Part shown: positions 9,699 through 19,138 of the stretch, piece after piece
Layout of the letters: each line of letters starts with the position of its first letter
Numbering within the stretch: position 1 is the stretch's first letter
Assembly (NCBI GenBank): GCA_965242725.1
Contig: CBDESZ010000030.1
Span: 64,001-128,000 of the forward strand
Length of the DNA: 64,000 nt
Origin: Alkalispirochaeta sp.
Lineage (GTDB): Bacteria; Spirochaetota; Spirochaetia; DSM-27196; Alkalispirochaetaceae
Direction of reading: 5' to 3'
Notes under the pieces: model-generated
Seen by the model: the letters and a program-made list of their open reading frames with translations, nothing else
Databases searched by the model: none
What the model was told of the DNA's origin: nothing
Position numbers and translations under genes: made by a program

Positions 9699-10349
9699 TT
9701 AACCTAGCGTACCCCCCCTTTCTGCTCCGGTCAAGAAAAAAACAATCGAGTCCACCCGTTCCAGGTCCAATTTTGTCAAATCCGGATGAGGTGTCAGAAA
9801 AAACGTCACAATATGTTTGCGGGAATCCAGAGTAATTTGGTTGAGATTTTTGATAGAACTGATATTCGGCACGATCGAACGCAAGCGTTCCGCGATGATC
9901 GGATTGAAATAGTAGAGATTGTAGACCGCTCCATTCTGCTCTACCACCTCCTCCTGCCAGTCGTCGTCATGTTCCACGGCGGACCAGCGGGAAACCTGAC
10001 AACTGGTGTGCACGAGCGTTCCCACGCCCGGAGGGAGCATATCGGCGCAGTGATAGGTAAGTTTCAGCAGGTCCTGTCTGCCGATCATACGGGCGATCGG
10101 CAGGTACAGGGGCGCATACCGGGGCAGCAGCGTCAGGACGCCTTCCACCAGTTCTATCGGTCCGGCAAGATGGTACTCAAAGCCGTACCCCAGGTCCCGG
10201 CCGAGGGTCGCATACTCCGCGGACACCGGCGCAAAATGTTCTTCAAGCATGGAAATGTGGCGGCGGGCCCTGAGCTGATTGCGCCGACGGCCCATACCCA
10301 CCCCAATGACGAGGGCAATTGTGAACACGATAAGTATTGAGAATCCCAC
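9699..10349 (-). CDS. Uncharacterised protein with N-terminal TM anchor, paralog of 5732..6577
   Basis: TM followed by GRRRNQ. LTLLPRYAPLYLPIARMIGRQD aligns by eye with LTILPRQSLLYLPVSLLTRRFD. Confidence 0.75.
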   Translation of the reverse strand: MGFSILIVFTIALVIGVGMGRRRNQLRARRHISMLEEHFAPVSAEYATLGRDLGYGFEYHLAGPIELVEGVLTLLPRYAPLYLPIARMIGRQDLLKLTYHCADMLPPGVGTLVHTSCQVSRWSAVEHDDDWQEEVVEQNGAVYNLYYFNPIIAERLRSIVPNISSIKNLNQITLDSRKHIVTFFLTPHPDLTKLDLERVDSIVFFLTGAERGGTLG

Positions 10350-10389
10350 TGAACCATCCTACACCCGATCAAATAGCTTGACACGATGA

Positions 10390-12054
10390 ATGATGCGACC
10401 CATTCTCAAAAAAATGGACCATCCTGCCCTCTCGACGGGGCTTATCACCTACATTGGTAATAAACGCTCCCTCATTCCATTCATTTCAGGTGCGCTGGAC
10501 CGTATCGAATCCGAGCGCGGACCGACCGAAACGATGGCAGACCCCTTTGCAGGTTCCGGCGTTGTGGCGCGCCTGGGTCGCCTGCGAGGGTATCGCGTCG
10601 CGGCGGGGGACCTGGAAGTCTATACCCGTCCCTTTGGAAGGGCCTTTCTTGAAGTAGATCGGGACGAGGTGGACGCCGTCTTCTCCGAATCGGGAGGGTA
10701 TCAGGAGACCATTTCATACCTCAACAGCCTCACCCGTCCCGAGAGGAGCGACGATTGCCTCTTTTCCGCGCATTACGCTCCGTCGGAGACACAATCGGCC
10801 GATCCGGAACGTGAGCGCATGTTCTTCACGAGGGAAAACGCCCTTCGCATTGACGCAATGCTTGCGGCGATTCATCGCGATCTGCCCCTCACACCGCAGG
10901 GACGGGACATTCTCCTGGCAAGCCTCCTCGTGGAAATGAGCATACACAACAACACCTCGGGAGTGATGAAGGGTTTTCATCACGGATGGGGCGGGAGAGG
11001 GGGCGACGCCCTCGCCAGGATCATGGCGCCGGTCATGCTGGAAGAACTACCCTTCATCGACGGCCCGCGGGGTTATACCCATGTCGGACCGGCTGATTCC
11101 CTCGCGACGGCGGCGCGGGACTCCATGGGTATCGATTCTTTTGACGTGGTCTACGCCGACCCTCCCTACAACATCCACCAGTACGGCGCCAATTATCACC
11201 TTCTCACGACGGCGGTCCGATGGGACTTTTACGATCCCGGTCCGGTGGAACGGGGAGCCCGGGCGGGGATCAGACGTGACCATAACAAGTCCGACTTCTG
11301 CAGCCGCCGCGGTGACCGCGCACGGGTCGCCTTTGAGAGCTTCCTTGATTCCATTACGACCCGGACCGTACTCGTTTCATACAATAACGACGGTATCATC
11401 GACGCGCCGACGATGGCCGAAATCCTTATGGAGGATGGAATTAATACCGTTATTCCTCTCGTGCGGGAGCACCACAAGTTCCGCGGCGGTAAAGCGACAC
11501 AGAGCGCCCTTCGGACAGACGAGTATCTTTTTATTGTCTATCGGGGGAAGCGTCAGAGCAGCACTGAACGGGACGGACTGCGGCGATACATGGAAGACCT
11601 CGCACTGCGGCGGGAGCTCAATGACCGGTTCATCCTTCCTTCACGATGGCAGGGGCAGGACCGGTCCGCCCGCTACAATAAGGACTCTTCCACGTGGATT
11701 CTGAAAACCGGCAGCGGCGGTCACATTCAGCTGTCCGACGATTTTCGGGTGCGTCACGTCTCCCGGGACAATGCTGATACGGGACAATCCGACGAATGGC
11801 ACCGAATCGTGAAGGTCGCGCGATTAAGCAGCGGCACAATGGTGGAGACTGTGGATGAACTCATACGACATGAAATGTATGACGCCGCAATCAGACAGCT
11901 TCGCCGATTGAAGATAAAGAAGTATCGCAGCGACTTCCTCCGGATCGTCCGGGAGCTGCGCCACAGGGAGCTGACATCGGCGGGCAGGCGGCGTCTGTCC
12001 GCCCTCTATACCCGCGTCACCGGCGAGGTCCTGGAGGATGATGGGATTTACTGA
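10390..12054 (+). CDS. N6-adenine DNA methyltransferase (Dam/FokI-like alpha class) with C-terminal extension
   Basis: YIGNKRSL, motif I DPFAGSGVV, motif IV YADPPYN..QYGANYHLL, SYNNDG. Confidence 0.88.
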   Translation: MMRPILKKMDHPALSTGLITYIGNKRSLIPFISGALDRIESERGPTETMADPFAGSGVVARLGRLRGYRVAAGDLEVYTRPFGRAFLEVDRDEVDAVFSESGGYQETISYLNSLTRPERSDDCLFSAHYAPSETQSADPERERMFFTRENALRIDAMLAAIHRDLPLTPQGRDILLASLLVEMSIHNNTSGVMKGFHHGWGGRGGDALARIMAPVMLEELPFIDGPRGYTHVGPADSLATAARDSMGIDSFDVVYADPPYNIHQYGANYHLLTTAVRWDFYDPGPVERGARAGIRRDHNKSDFCSRRGDRARVAFESFLDSITTRTVLVSYNNDGIIDAPTMAEILMEDGINTVIPLVREHHKFRGGKATQSALRTDEYLFIVYRGKRQSSTERDGLRRYMEDLALRRELNDRFILPSRWQGQDRSARYNKDSSTWILKTGSGGHIQLSDDFRVRHVSRDNADTGQSDEWHRIVKVARLSSGTMVETVDELIRHEMYDAAIRQLRRLKIKKYRSDFLRIVRELRHRELTSAGRRRLSALYTRVTGEVLEDDGIY

Positions 12055-13373
12055 AGAAATTGACCCTGCATATCCACACCGGTTACACCGGTGACCTTCA
12101 CCCGGATGATCTGCCCGGGGGTGACGGAATCGGGGACACCGTGAACAACCACCAGCCCGTCCACGTCGGGCGCCTGCAGGGGCGACCTTCCAAGCACAAC
12201 CGGGACGCCGTCCATGCATTCTTCAACGAGAACGGGAAGAGCCCGTCCCTCAAACCGTGACAATCTGCGATAGACTACTGCCTCCTGGGCGTGTTCTATC
12301 GACCGCTTCCGCTCCCGCGCGAGGGAAACAGGCACTTTCGGCTTCATTTTTGCCGCGGCCGTTCCCGTCTGGGGGCTGAATTCAAATACACCGACCCACT
12401 CAAGTTCCGCCCGGTCGATAAAGTCCATGAGCTCCTGGATGTCGTTTTCGCCCTCTCCGGGAAAACCGACGATAAAGCTCGAACGCAGGGCGACATCGGG
12501 CAATACCGAGCGGATACGTTCAATCAAACGCAGATATGAATCGGCACTGCCGGGACGTCCCATACGACGAAGGACATCCCGCGATGCATGCTGAAAGGAA
12601 AGATCGAAATAGGGGAGAAACCGCCCGTCCGAGGATGCGATCTCAAGAATCTCGTCGGGGAAGGTATCGGGATAGAGGTAGAGCGGCCGCAACCAGAACT
12701 CACCCTCTTCCCGCAGCAGCGTCCGGATCAGAGTGGTAAACTCCGCATCGTCGTCGCGCCACGCCGCCAGATCCTGAGCGATCAGATTAAACTCGTATAT
12801 ACCCCGCTCCCGAAAATGTCGAAACTCTTCAACGACGTCGGAGATCGTTCGTGTCCGCAGGCGGCCACGAATTGACGGAATGGCGCAGAAGCTGCAGTTG
12901 TGCTCACACCCTTCCGCGATTTTCATATAGGCAGATCCCGGGTGGGAGAGGAGACGGTCCCGCCGACCGCCGACAAGTCGTGGCTCTCCATCGGGCAGCA
13001 GTGAATACGGCGGGGCGCCGGGGGCCCGGCCAAGGACCCCCTCCACAAACCGCACGACTTCGCCGGGCTGACGGTTCCCGAAAACCCCGGCGATCTCGGG
13101 CATTCCCCTGACAAGATCATCGGCAAAGCGCTGTGCCATACATCCCGCCATCGCCACCGGGGTGTCCGGATATGCGTGGATGAGGGACAGTGTCGTGTCT
13201 ATGGATTCCTGCTGTGCCGGCTCTATGAATCCACATGTATTTACGATGATGAAATCCGCCGAATCGGCCTCTCCGGTCCACTCCCATCCATGGAGCTGCA
13301 TGTGTCGACCCATGACTTCGGCGTCGACCTGGTTTTTTGCACACCCAAGATTTTCGATGTAAAAGGCAGGCAT
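12048..13373 (-). CDS. rimO: Ribosomal protein S12 methylthiotransferase
   Basis: LGCAKNQVDAE, NTCGFI, GC..QR, radical SAM CxxxCxxC (CEHNCSFC), RPLYLYP, TRAM domain APDVDG. Start set at MPAFY. Confidence 0.92.
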   Translation of the reverse strand: MPAFYIENLGCAKNQVDAEVMGRHMQLHGWEWTGEADSADFIIVNTCGFIEPAQQESIDTTLSLIHAYPDTPVAMAGCMAQRFADDLVRGMPEIAGVFGNRQPGEVVRFVEGVLGRAPGAPPYSLLPDGEPRLVGGRRDRLLSHPGSAYMKIAEGCEHNCSFCAIPSIRGRLRTRTISDVVEEFRHFRERGIYEFNLIAQDLAAWRDDDAEFTTLIRTLLREEGEFWLRPLYLYPDTFPDEILEIASSDGRFLPYFDLSFQHASRDVLRRMGRPGSADSYLRLIERIRSVLPDVALRSSFIVGFPGEGENDIQELMDFIDRAELEWVGVFEFSPQTGTAAAKMKPKVPVSLARERKRSIEHAQEAVVYRRLSRFEGRALPVLVEECMDGVPVVLGRSPLQAPDVDGLVVVHGVPDSVTPGQIIRVKVTGVTGVDMQGQFLQ

Positions 13374-13389
13374 AGGACTGGTACGTACC

Positions 13390-14514
13390 CTAGTAGAGGG
13401 GAAGGACTTCCAGCTGATACTGTCCCGACGCCGCATCGTTCCAGTGAACGACTGCCGTCGCGATTTCGCCCTGGCCACCGAGCTCCACAGGTGTTCCGGC
13501 GATCTCGATGCGGGTATTACCGGCGTTGGAGATCCACAGACGGGCGATTTCATTGACCCTGACGGATAGACTCTCACCGTTCTGTACCATCCGCTCTACC
13601 CGCGGCTCTTCATCGATTTCCCATCGGAAGAGCGTCGTTCCGCGAAAGTCGATCTCAAGCAGATAGTCTTCAATCTCCGGGAACTGGCCCACCACGATCG
13701 CATCCCGCCTCCGACTCGGCTGATTGGTCTGGCCGAGGGCGAGATCGATACGTCGCGATTCCGATATTTCTCCTGCAGGAGGCGCCTCCTGACTTCCCTG
13801 GTCCAGGACCCTGTCGATTCGCACAACCGCCGAAGCGGCTTCGCCGTCGGAAGCGGGATAGATCTGCCGTACCGCGATGGTGACGTCTCCACCGCCTTCA
13901 CCGGTGAGGTCCACCAACCGTCGTTCTCCGTTGTCTATGTGAACGATGCCACCCTCACTGCCGAGAGCGACTCGTTCGGATATTTCCAGAAATTCCAGAA
14001 GAACTTCTTCTTCATCGATGGGTACCGCAACACGCTCACCCACCGCGAATCGGCGCTCCACAAACTGCTCATCAAGAACGATTGGAGCGACCGCATTTTC
14101 AGCACGTACAGAGCCGTCTGTCGTCGCTTCACCTCGCCGGGGGAGGGAAATGACGCCGGTCACGAACAGGGCAACGATTCCTCCCACGAGTAGCACGGCC
14201 AGAAAGAGGATAATCAGCCCCACAGGCGGCGGGCGCCGTCTCTTCCTATCCAGGAGTTCATCTATCGGGGCCGGTTGTTCCTGAAGACGAAGGTTGTGGT
14301 AAAGCGTAACGATCTCTTCACCTTCCAGCCCGAGATAGGAGGCGTAATTGCGCAGGAATCCGAGAAGATAGGCCTCACCGGGAAACTGGTCGAAATCCTC
14401 CGCCTCCATCGCTTCAATGAACCGTTTGGTGATATGGGTATCACGCACGGCTTGTTCGATCGACAAGTCCTTGGATTCACGAGCGGATTTGAGCTTGTTC
14501 CCGATTGATTCCAT
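13390..14514 (-). CDS. RodZ-like HTH membrane protein
   Basis: N-terminal HTH (IGNKLKSARE, GFLRNYASYLGL), single TM, C-terminal SNAG motif. Sits next to rimO. Confidence 0.8.
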   Translation of the reverse strand: MESIGNKLKSARESKDLSIEQAVRDTHITKRFIEAMEAEDFDQFPGEAYLLGFLRNYASYLGLEGEEIVTLYHNLRLQEQPAPIDELLDRKRRRPPPVGLIILFLAVLLVGGIVALFVTGVISLPRRGEATTDGSVRAENAVAPIVLDEQFVERRFAVGERVAVPIDEEEVLLEFLEISERVALGSEGGIVHIDNGERRLVDLTGEGGGDVTIAVRQIYPASDGEAASAVVRIDRVLDQGSQEAPPAGEISESRRIDLALGQTNQPSRRRDAIVVGQFPEIEDYLLEIDFRGTTLFRWEIDEEPRVERMVQNGESLSVRVNEIARLWISNAGNTRIEIAGTPVELGGQGEIATAVVHWNDAASGQYQLEVLPLY

Positions 14515-14516
14515 TG

Positions 14517-15191
14517 TCAGCCCTCACCCTCAAAGAGAAAGTTTTCAAAGAAATTCGCCGAGGGTGGAGGATCGTATTCAAATCGACTCTCGGGTATTCC
14601 GTTGTTGACTACGATATTCTCAAAATCAAATTGCAATTCCTCATAATTGGCGGTCACACCGATGATCCGTCTGATCATCATGTCATCGTCGATCGAGAGA
14701 ATGAGCTGTCGATACCCTTCGTTGCTGGCACGCCAGTCGAGGCGGAGTTTAGTCACCAGCTCCTCCGACCCCTCTTCGAGAGGAGTCGGTTCCGGAGAGT
14801 CAAGGTAGGCAATGCTGTAGTTGCGACGCAGAAGGTTGAGCCCCTGTTCGCTGGCGAGCGTCGCAAGGGATTCATCGCTCCGGCGACGCAGCTGCTGCTG
14901 CAAGACGACATTGTATTGAGGGATATAGACCTGAAGAATTTCTCCGTCGGAGACGAGGATCTGACCTTCCGGCTCGGTATAGTCGATACGAATCAAATTG
15001 GGTAAAAGGTATTCGATCGTTCCGGTGGTCGTCGTTTCTTCCCGGGTAATGGTTATGTCCGCAGTATAGTCTTCCACCTGCCCGTACCGGGCGGAAACCC
15101 GTTCAAAAAAGGCAACTGCCGTGAGGATCTCCTGGGCCGGCGTTGAGAATACCGGTATTAGCAGCAATGCTAGAATAGTTAGTTTACGCAA
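14517..15191 (-). CDS. lolA: Outer-membrane lipoprotein carrier LolA-family protein
   Basis: Signal peptide, PNLIRIDYTEPEGQILVSDG, IPESRFEYDPP. Confidence 0.8.
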   Translation of the reverse strand: MRKLTILALLLIPVFSTPAQEILTAVAFFERVSARYGQVEDYTADITITREETTTTGTIEYLLPNLIRIDYTEPEGQILVSDGEILQVYIPQYNVVLQQQLRRRSDESLATLASEQGLNLLRRNYSIAYLDSPEPTPLEEGSEELVTKLRLDWRASNEGYRQLILSIDDDMMIRRIIGVTANYEELQFDFENIVVNNGIPESRFEYDPPPSANFFENFLFEGEG

Positions 15192-15265
15192 TGTCCCCTG
15201 TCCATCGTATTGGTCTTTTCGTAGTCTAATAACTTGTTCCCGTTTGTCAACAACCGGAAGCAGCG

Positions 15266-16021
15266 CTACTCCCGCCGGCGGAGTAAGTCGCGGATCCGCG
15301 CCGCCCGTTCATAGTCTTCCGTTTCCACGGCATTTCTGAGCTCCCGTTCCAGTTGGGACCGCTCATCGGGGTCTTCCGCCTTGACATCGTCACCCGATAG
15401 CTTCCGCTGCAGGGCTCGCAGGTAGTTGACCGAACGTATGCGTTCAAACTGAAATGCAGGACTGTCGATCTCCTCAAGCTCTTCTATCCGGACAATTCCT
15501 TCATGGATTACCGCCTGGGCATTCCCCGCCATCGAACCTTCGGCAATTGCCATCGCCCGGGCGGCGGAATACATGCGGATGATGTACGGTCGAAACTGGA
15601 GGACACCGTTACGCGCCTCTTCGTTCTCGCAATACCGTTCCAGGAGATCGCATAGATTGAGATTATGGGTGGTATCCCGTACGACCCGCTCATAGTGACT
15701 GAGTTGAAAAAGGAGGAGATAGCGGTAGTAAAAGAGAACGCCCTCCCCCTGGAGGAGTGCCGCATCCTCCACTGAAACGTGAAAACCTGCGTCGCCTCCG
15801 GTGTCAACAATATGCTGTTTCAGACGATCCTGAACATATTCAAGGATGGTCCCGTACCCGTGGGGATGGGTTCCATCGGGACGGCCGTCGAGTTCGTACT
15901 GCTCTATACCCAGCGGCTGGCGAACCTGCAGGACACTTCTACCGTCCAGGGCGGTAATTATTCGCATTGCGTGTTCAGGATCATACGGCCAGGCGTTGAG
16001 AATTTCCGTAAGGTCTTCCAT
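15266..16021 (-). CDS. UvrB/UvrC (UVR) motif-containing protein
   Basis: C-terminal LRNAVETEDYERAARIRDLL; N-terminal GRPDG..PHG block. Confidence 0.8.
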   Translation of the reverse strand: MEDLTEILNAWPYDPEHAMRIITALDGRSVLQVRQPLGIEQYELDGRPDGTHPHGYGTILEYVQDRLKQHIVDTGGDAGFHVSVEDAALLQGEGVLFYYRYLLLFQLSHYERVVRDTTHNLNLCDLLERYCENEEARNGVLQFRPYIIRMYSAARAMAIAEGSMAGNAQAVIHEGIVRIEELEEIDSPAFQFERIRSVNYLRALQRKLSGDDVKAEDPDERSQLERELRNAVETEDYERAARIRDLLRRRE

Positions 16022-16084
16022 AGCGTCTATCTTCTAAAGTATCACCCCCGACGCCTCACCGACTACTGAAGGAGGAGCGTAACG

Positions 16085-16113
16085 TTGTCGGAGCGGCGGT
16101 TTTGCCATACCAT
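16085..16113 (+). promoter_or_regulatory. Sigma70-type promoter for leaderless pyrH
   Basis: TTGTCG-17 bp-TACCAT, then 6 nt to ATG 16120; no SD. Confidence 0.55.
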
Positions 16114-16119
16114 ACCGCC

Positions 16120-16803
16120 ATGTTTGTCATATCACTAGGCGGGTCTATCGTTGTACCCGACGAGCCGGACGCGGGGTTGATTGCGGCGTACAGGGACCTT
16201 CTTTTCGAATATCTCGAAGAGACGGAGGAAAAACTCATCGTCGTCGTAGGCGGCGGCGCAACGGCGCGAAAATACCAGGGCGCTCTCCGGGATGTTGCCG
16301 GATCGGCGGGGGGCCCCGACGCCCAGGACTGGATTGGCATCATGGCGACGCGGCTCAACGCAGAACTGCTTCGTCACGCCCTTGCACCGGTCTGCAGCGA
16401 CCCCGTCGTCTACGATCCAACGGGACCGATCGCCTTTGAGGGACGTATCCTCGTAGCGGCGGGATGGAAACCGGGATTCAGTACGGACAATGACGCGGTG
16501 CTTCTGGCGGAACGCTACGGAGCGGATACGGTCATCAATTTAAGCAATATCGCCCAGGTCTATACCGACGATCCCCGGACCAACCCCTCTGCCCGCCCGC
16601 TGGAACACGTAACGTGGGAGGAGTTTCGAAGTATCGTCGGGAGTGAGTGGACACCGGGCAAGAACCTTCCCTTCGATCCCGTCGCGACACAGAGAGCCGC
16701 CGAGCTGGGGTTGCGGGTCATCGCGGCCGACGGAAAAAGCATCGAAAACACCAAGGCACTGTTGCGGGGGGAATCCTTTTTCGGAACCACTATCGGCGAC
16801 TGA
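16120..16803 (+). CDS. pyrH: UMP kinase, archaeal/spirochaete type
   Basis: VISLGGS, VVVGGG..ARKYQ, DWIGIMATRLNA, PGFSTD, VYTDDP, PG.N.PFDP. Confidence 0.9.
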   Translation: MFVISLGGSIVVPDEPDAGLIAAYRDLLFEYLEETEEKLIVVVGGGATARKYQGALRDVAGSAGGPDAQDWIGIMATRLNAELLRHALAPVCSDPVVYDPTGPIAFEGRILVAAGWKPGFSTDNDAVLLAERYGADTVINLSNIAQVYTDDPRTNPSARPLEHVTWEEFRSIVGSEWTPGKNLPFDPVATQRAAELGLRVIAADGKSIENTKALLRGESFFGTTIGD

Positions 16804-16818
16804 CGTCGACTGAATCGA

Positions 16819-18474
16819 TCACCCTCCGGCGATGCGGGCAAGGACGGCGTTGCTTGCGGGATTGGGAAGGAAATCGGCAGGGAGCGAGACGAGAACGCGG
16901 GCGGTTTCCATCGCATTCAGGCCGTCCACGGTCGCTACGGCGCGATCAAAGTCCCCCAATCGGCGGTATATCGTCGCAGTCCGGTATCGCGGAGAGACAT
17001 CGTCCATGAAACCTGCTTCAGGTATGTCGCTCATTGCGGACAGGGCGGTTCGGGCGTCTTCCGGCCGCTCTGCCTCTTCCATGTACTCCGCAACAGAAAG
17101 CAGGACCCTGTTGTATTCGTCGATACTTCCGATCAACCCTCTCAGACGACTGAACTCGTCAAATCTCTCGGAAAAATAGTAGGACGCCCCCAGATCTGCG
17201 AGAACCTGCACCCGGACCGTCGGTTCCATGCCCGATAAAGACGCGCTTCCCAGCAGTCTGGAAACTGCCTCTCCCGGATTCCATTCAGGATGAAGCCGTG
17301 ACCGCTTCCGAATGAATTCGGCGGAGACCGTTGTCCGGGCGGAATCATCGGTCAACGCAAGCATCCGGCCGTATACGTCGCCAAGGGTGTTGGATCCGGT
17401 TACCAGGGCGATAGCCCCGGTGGCGCGGACGCGCATGCTGAGGGGACTTACATTGGCAACAATGGTTTCGAGGACGGCGCCGGCGTCGTCGGGAAGATCC
17501 GCGGTTTCCCGCGCTTCGAGGTGCAAAATGCCGTCGATGATCGCCGTTATTCGGTGGAAGTCGGAAGGTTCCACAATAAGGCCGCTTTCGGCACGCTCCA
17601 TAGCCTGACCAACCAGATATGCAACGTCTCCCGGTCGTCCCAATTGATCACTCAGGACGGCGAGGCGGATACCGAGGCTGGCCGCCGTCAATGAGGGTTC
17701 AATGATGGGCAGTACCGCAATGCTCTGCTGCACCACGGGATTCAGTGTCCGGTTGTCGTTCATGCGGGCAATGCTCTCCGCGGCGTAGACCAGAGTATCA
17801 ACCCGTGCCGTGTCGTCATCGATCAGGTACATTTCGTCGAGGGTGTGCCGGACCGAGTCCTCTTCCAGGTTGGGATTCTCAAGCTGTGCATCCAGAATTC
17901 CCCGTAACGATGAAACGATGTCACCTGAACCGTCTCCGCCGTTCCCGGCAGCCTGGTCGATCGTATCGGAGGTTACCTCTCGTGCCACAGGAACGTACCT
18001 GTCGTCCGCTCCGGCAAGGGCATGCCACGCCCGCACCCGTTCAACTTTCGCCTGGAGGGTTGGTTCAGTGTCCCGCGCGAGGATATGCTCATCAGCAGCC
18101 CTCAGGACCGCTTCCGCCCGGTCGAGGCGGGACATCTCCGTAAACCGGCGCGAAGCGTTGCTGTAGACGATGAGGAGATCGTCTATCGGTCCGTCCTGAA
18201 CGAGAGAAAAGGCGACATCAAAGTGATTTACACCGGAGAAAAACGGTTCGACGACGGCAGGTGCTCCCTGGGCGCTGCGACAACCGACGGTTATCGAAAA
18301 CACGACGATCACGGCAACAATCGTACGTATGAGAGATGCAGGGGAAGAAACGATTACCGATTCAGGACAACGGGCATCGCAACCGACGGGTGTATCTTTC
18401 CAGTAGCAAAATTCGGCGTCTCCGCGGTCATTCATCGTCCAAACGAACATAGGCGATTCCATTCTTTTGGTCAA
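16819..18474 (-). CDS. Large helical (TPR-like) putative lipoprotein; start uncertain
   Basis: Hydrophobic stretch ending ITVG-C (lipobox-like) at about residue 65, then a long alpha-helical repeat-like body. Confidence 0.6.
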   Translation of the reverse strand: MTKRMESPMFVWTMNDRGDAEFCYWKDTPVGCDARCPESVIVSSPASLIRTIVAVIVVFSITVGCRSAQGAPAVVEPFFSGVNHFDVAFSLVQDGPIDDLLIVYSNASRRFTEMSRLDRAEAVLRAADEHILARDTEPTLQAKVERVRAWHALAGADDRYVPVAREVTSDTIDQAAGNGGDGSGDIVSSLRGILDAQLENPNLEEDSVRHTLDEMYLIDDDTARVDTLVYAAESIARMNDNRTLNPVVQQSIAVLPIIEPSLTAASLGIRLAVLSDQLGRPGDVAYLVGQAMERAESGLIVEPSDFHRITAIIDGILHLEARETADLPDDAGAVLETIVANVSPLSMRVRATGAIALVTGSNTLGDVYGRMLALTDDSARTTVSAEFIRKRSRLHPEWNPGEAVSRLLGSASLSGMEPTVRVQVLADLGASYYFSERFDEFSRLRGLIGSIDEYNRVLLSVAEYMEEAERPEDARTALSAMSDIPEAGFMDDVSPRYRTATIYRRLGDFDRAVATVDGLNAMETARVLVSLPADFLPNPASNAVLARIAGG

Positions 18475-18492
18475 CGAGATACAATTCGGGCA

Positions 18493-18858
18493 ATGTTTCG
18501 ATCACAGAATTTTCTCGCCCAGGAACAGAACCTGCATAAGAGCCATACCGTTGATTCCGATGGGTACTTCAATGCGCTCAGGGACGTCCTGCGACGGCAT
18601 CTGCCCCGCTTCAATGAAGAGTTTATCGCGGAAGTATTCGATTTTGCCATGGGACGCGGCGAAGACACCGAAGGGTCCGTTCAATTCATGGCTGACACGG
18701 TAGATTTGTTGTGGATGCAGTATGACGACCACAATGATCCCTACACCACGGAGGACTGGGTTTTTATACGGGATCTCATTAACGAAAACGCTCTTGAACT
18801 CGATATGGATCTCGTTCAGTACGTAATGGAACGTGTCGTCGCACACCATGCAATTTGA
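18493..18858 (+). CDS. Hypothetical acidic protein (121 aa)
   Basis: Protein-like 3' part of ORF 18022..18858. ATG 18493 is preceded by a TACAAT -10 box. Confidence 0.7.
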   Translation: MFRSQNFLAQEQNLHKSHTVDSDGYFNALRDVLRRHLPRFNEEFIAEVFDFAMGRGEDTEGSVQFMADTVDLLWMQYDDHNDPYTTEDWVFIRDLINENALELDMDLVQYVMERVVAHHAI

Positions 18859-18996
18859 AGTATTGAGAAGCCTGTTGATAACTGCACCGTAACCGCCGAC
18901 AGCATAAGGACCTTTTCAATCAATGGGTAGCGACCGGAGGTAACTTGTTCTCCGGGAAAGAGCTGCCTCCGGAATATCAACACTCTTGTGAATACT
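18859..18996. mobile_element. 138-bp MITE-like element with terminal inverted repeats matching the IS at 53541..54823
   Basis: Left AGTATTGAGAAGCCTGTTGATA. Right (revcomp) AGTATTCACAAGAGTGTTGATA, 20/22 identical to the IS right end. Confidence 0.7.
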
Positions 18997-19005
18997 GGAG
19001 AGACC

Positions 19006-19034
19006 TTGCACCGGGTTGGCAATGCGTGTAGTAT
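19006..19034 (+). promoter_or_regulatory. Sigma70 promoter of tRNA-Leu
   Basis: TTGCAC-17 bp-TAGTAT, 17 nt upstream of the tRNA. Confidence 0.6.
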
Positions 19035-19051
19035 AGCGACGCTTTTCTCGG

Positions 19052-19135
19052 GCCGGCGTGGCGGAATTGGTAGACGCAGCAGACTCAAAATCTGCCGCCC
19101 GCAAGGGTGTGGGAGTTCGAGTCTCCCCGCCGGCA
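19052..19135 (+). tRNA. tRNA-Leu(CAA), CCA not encoded
   Basis: Acceptor GCCGGCG/CGCCGGC, D-loop GGAATTGGTAGAC, anticodon stem GCAGA-CTCAAAA-TCTGC, long variable arm, T-loop GTTCGAG. Confidence 0.97.
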
Positions 19136-19138
19136 TAC

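Noticed and set aside
13374..13577. N-terminal extension of rimO in the ORF track
   Set aside because: Overlaps the rodZ-like gene; RimO homology starts at MPAFYIENLGC (13373).
18022..18492. 5' half of ORF 18022..18858
   Set aside because: Overlaps the opposite-strand lipoprotein gene; the promoter-like TACAAT supports a start at 18493.
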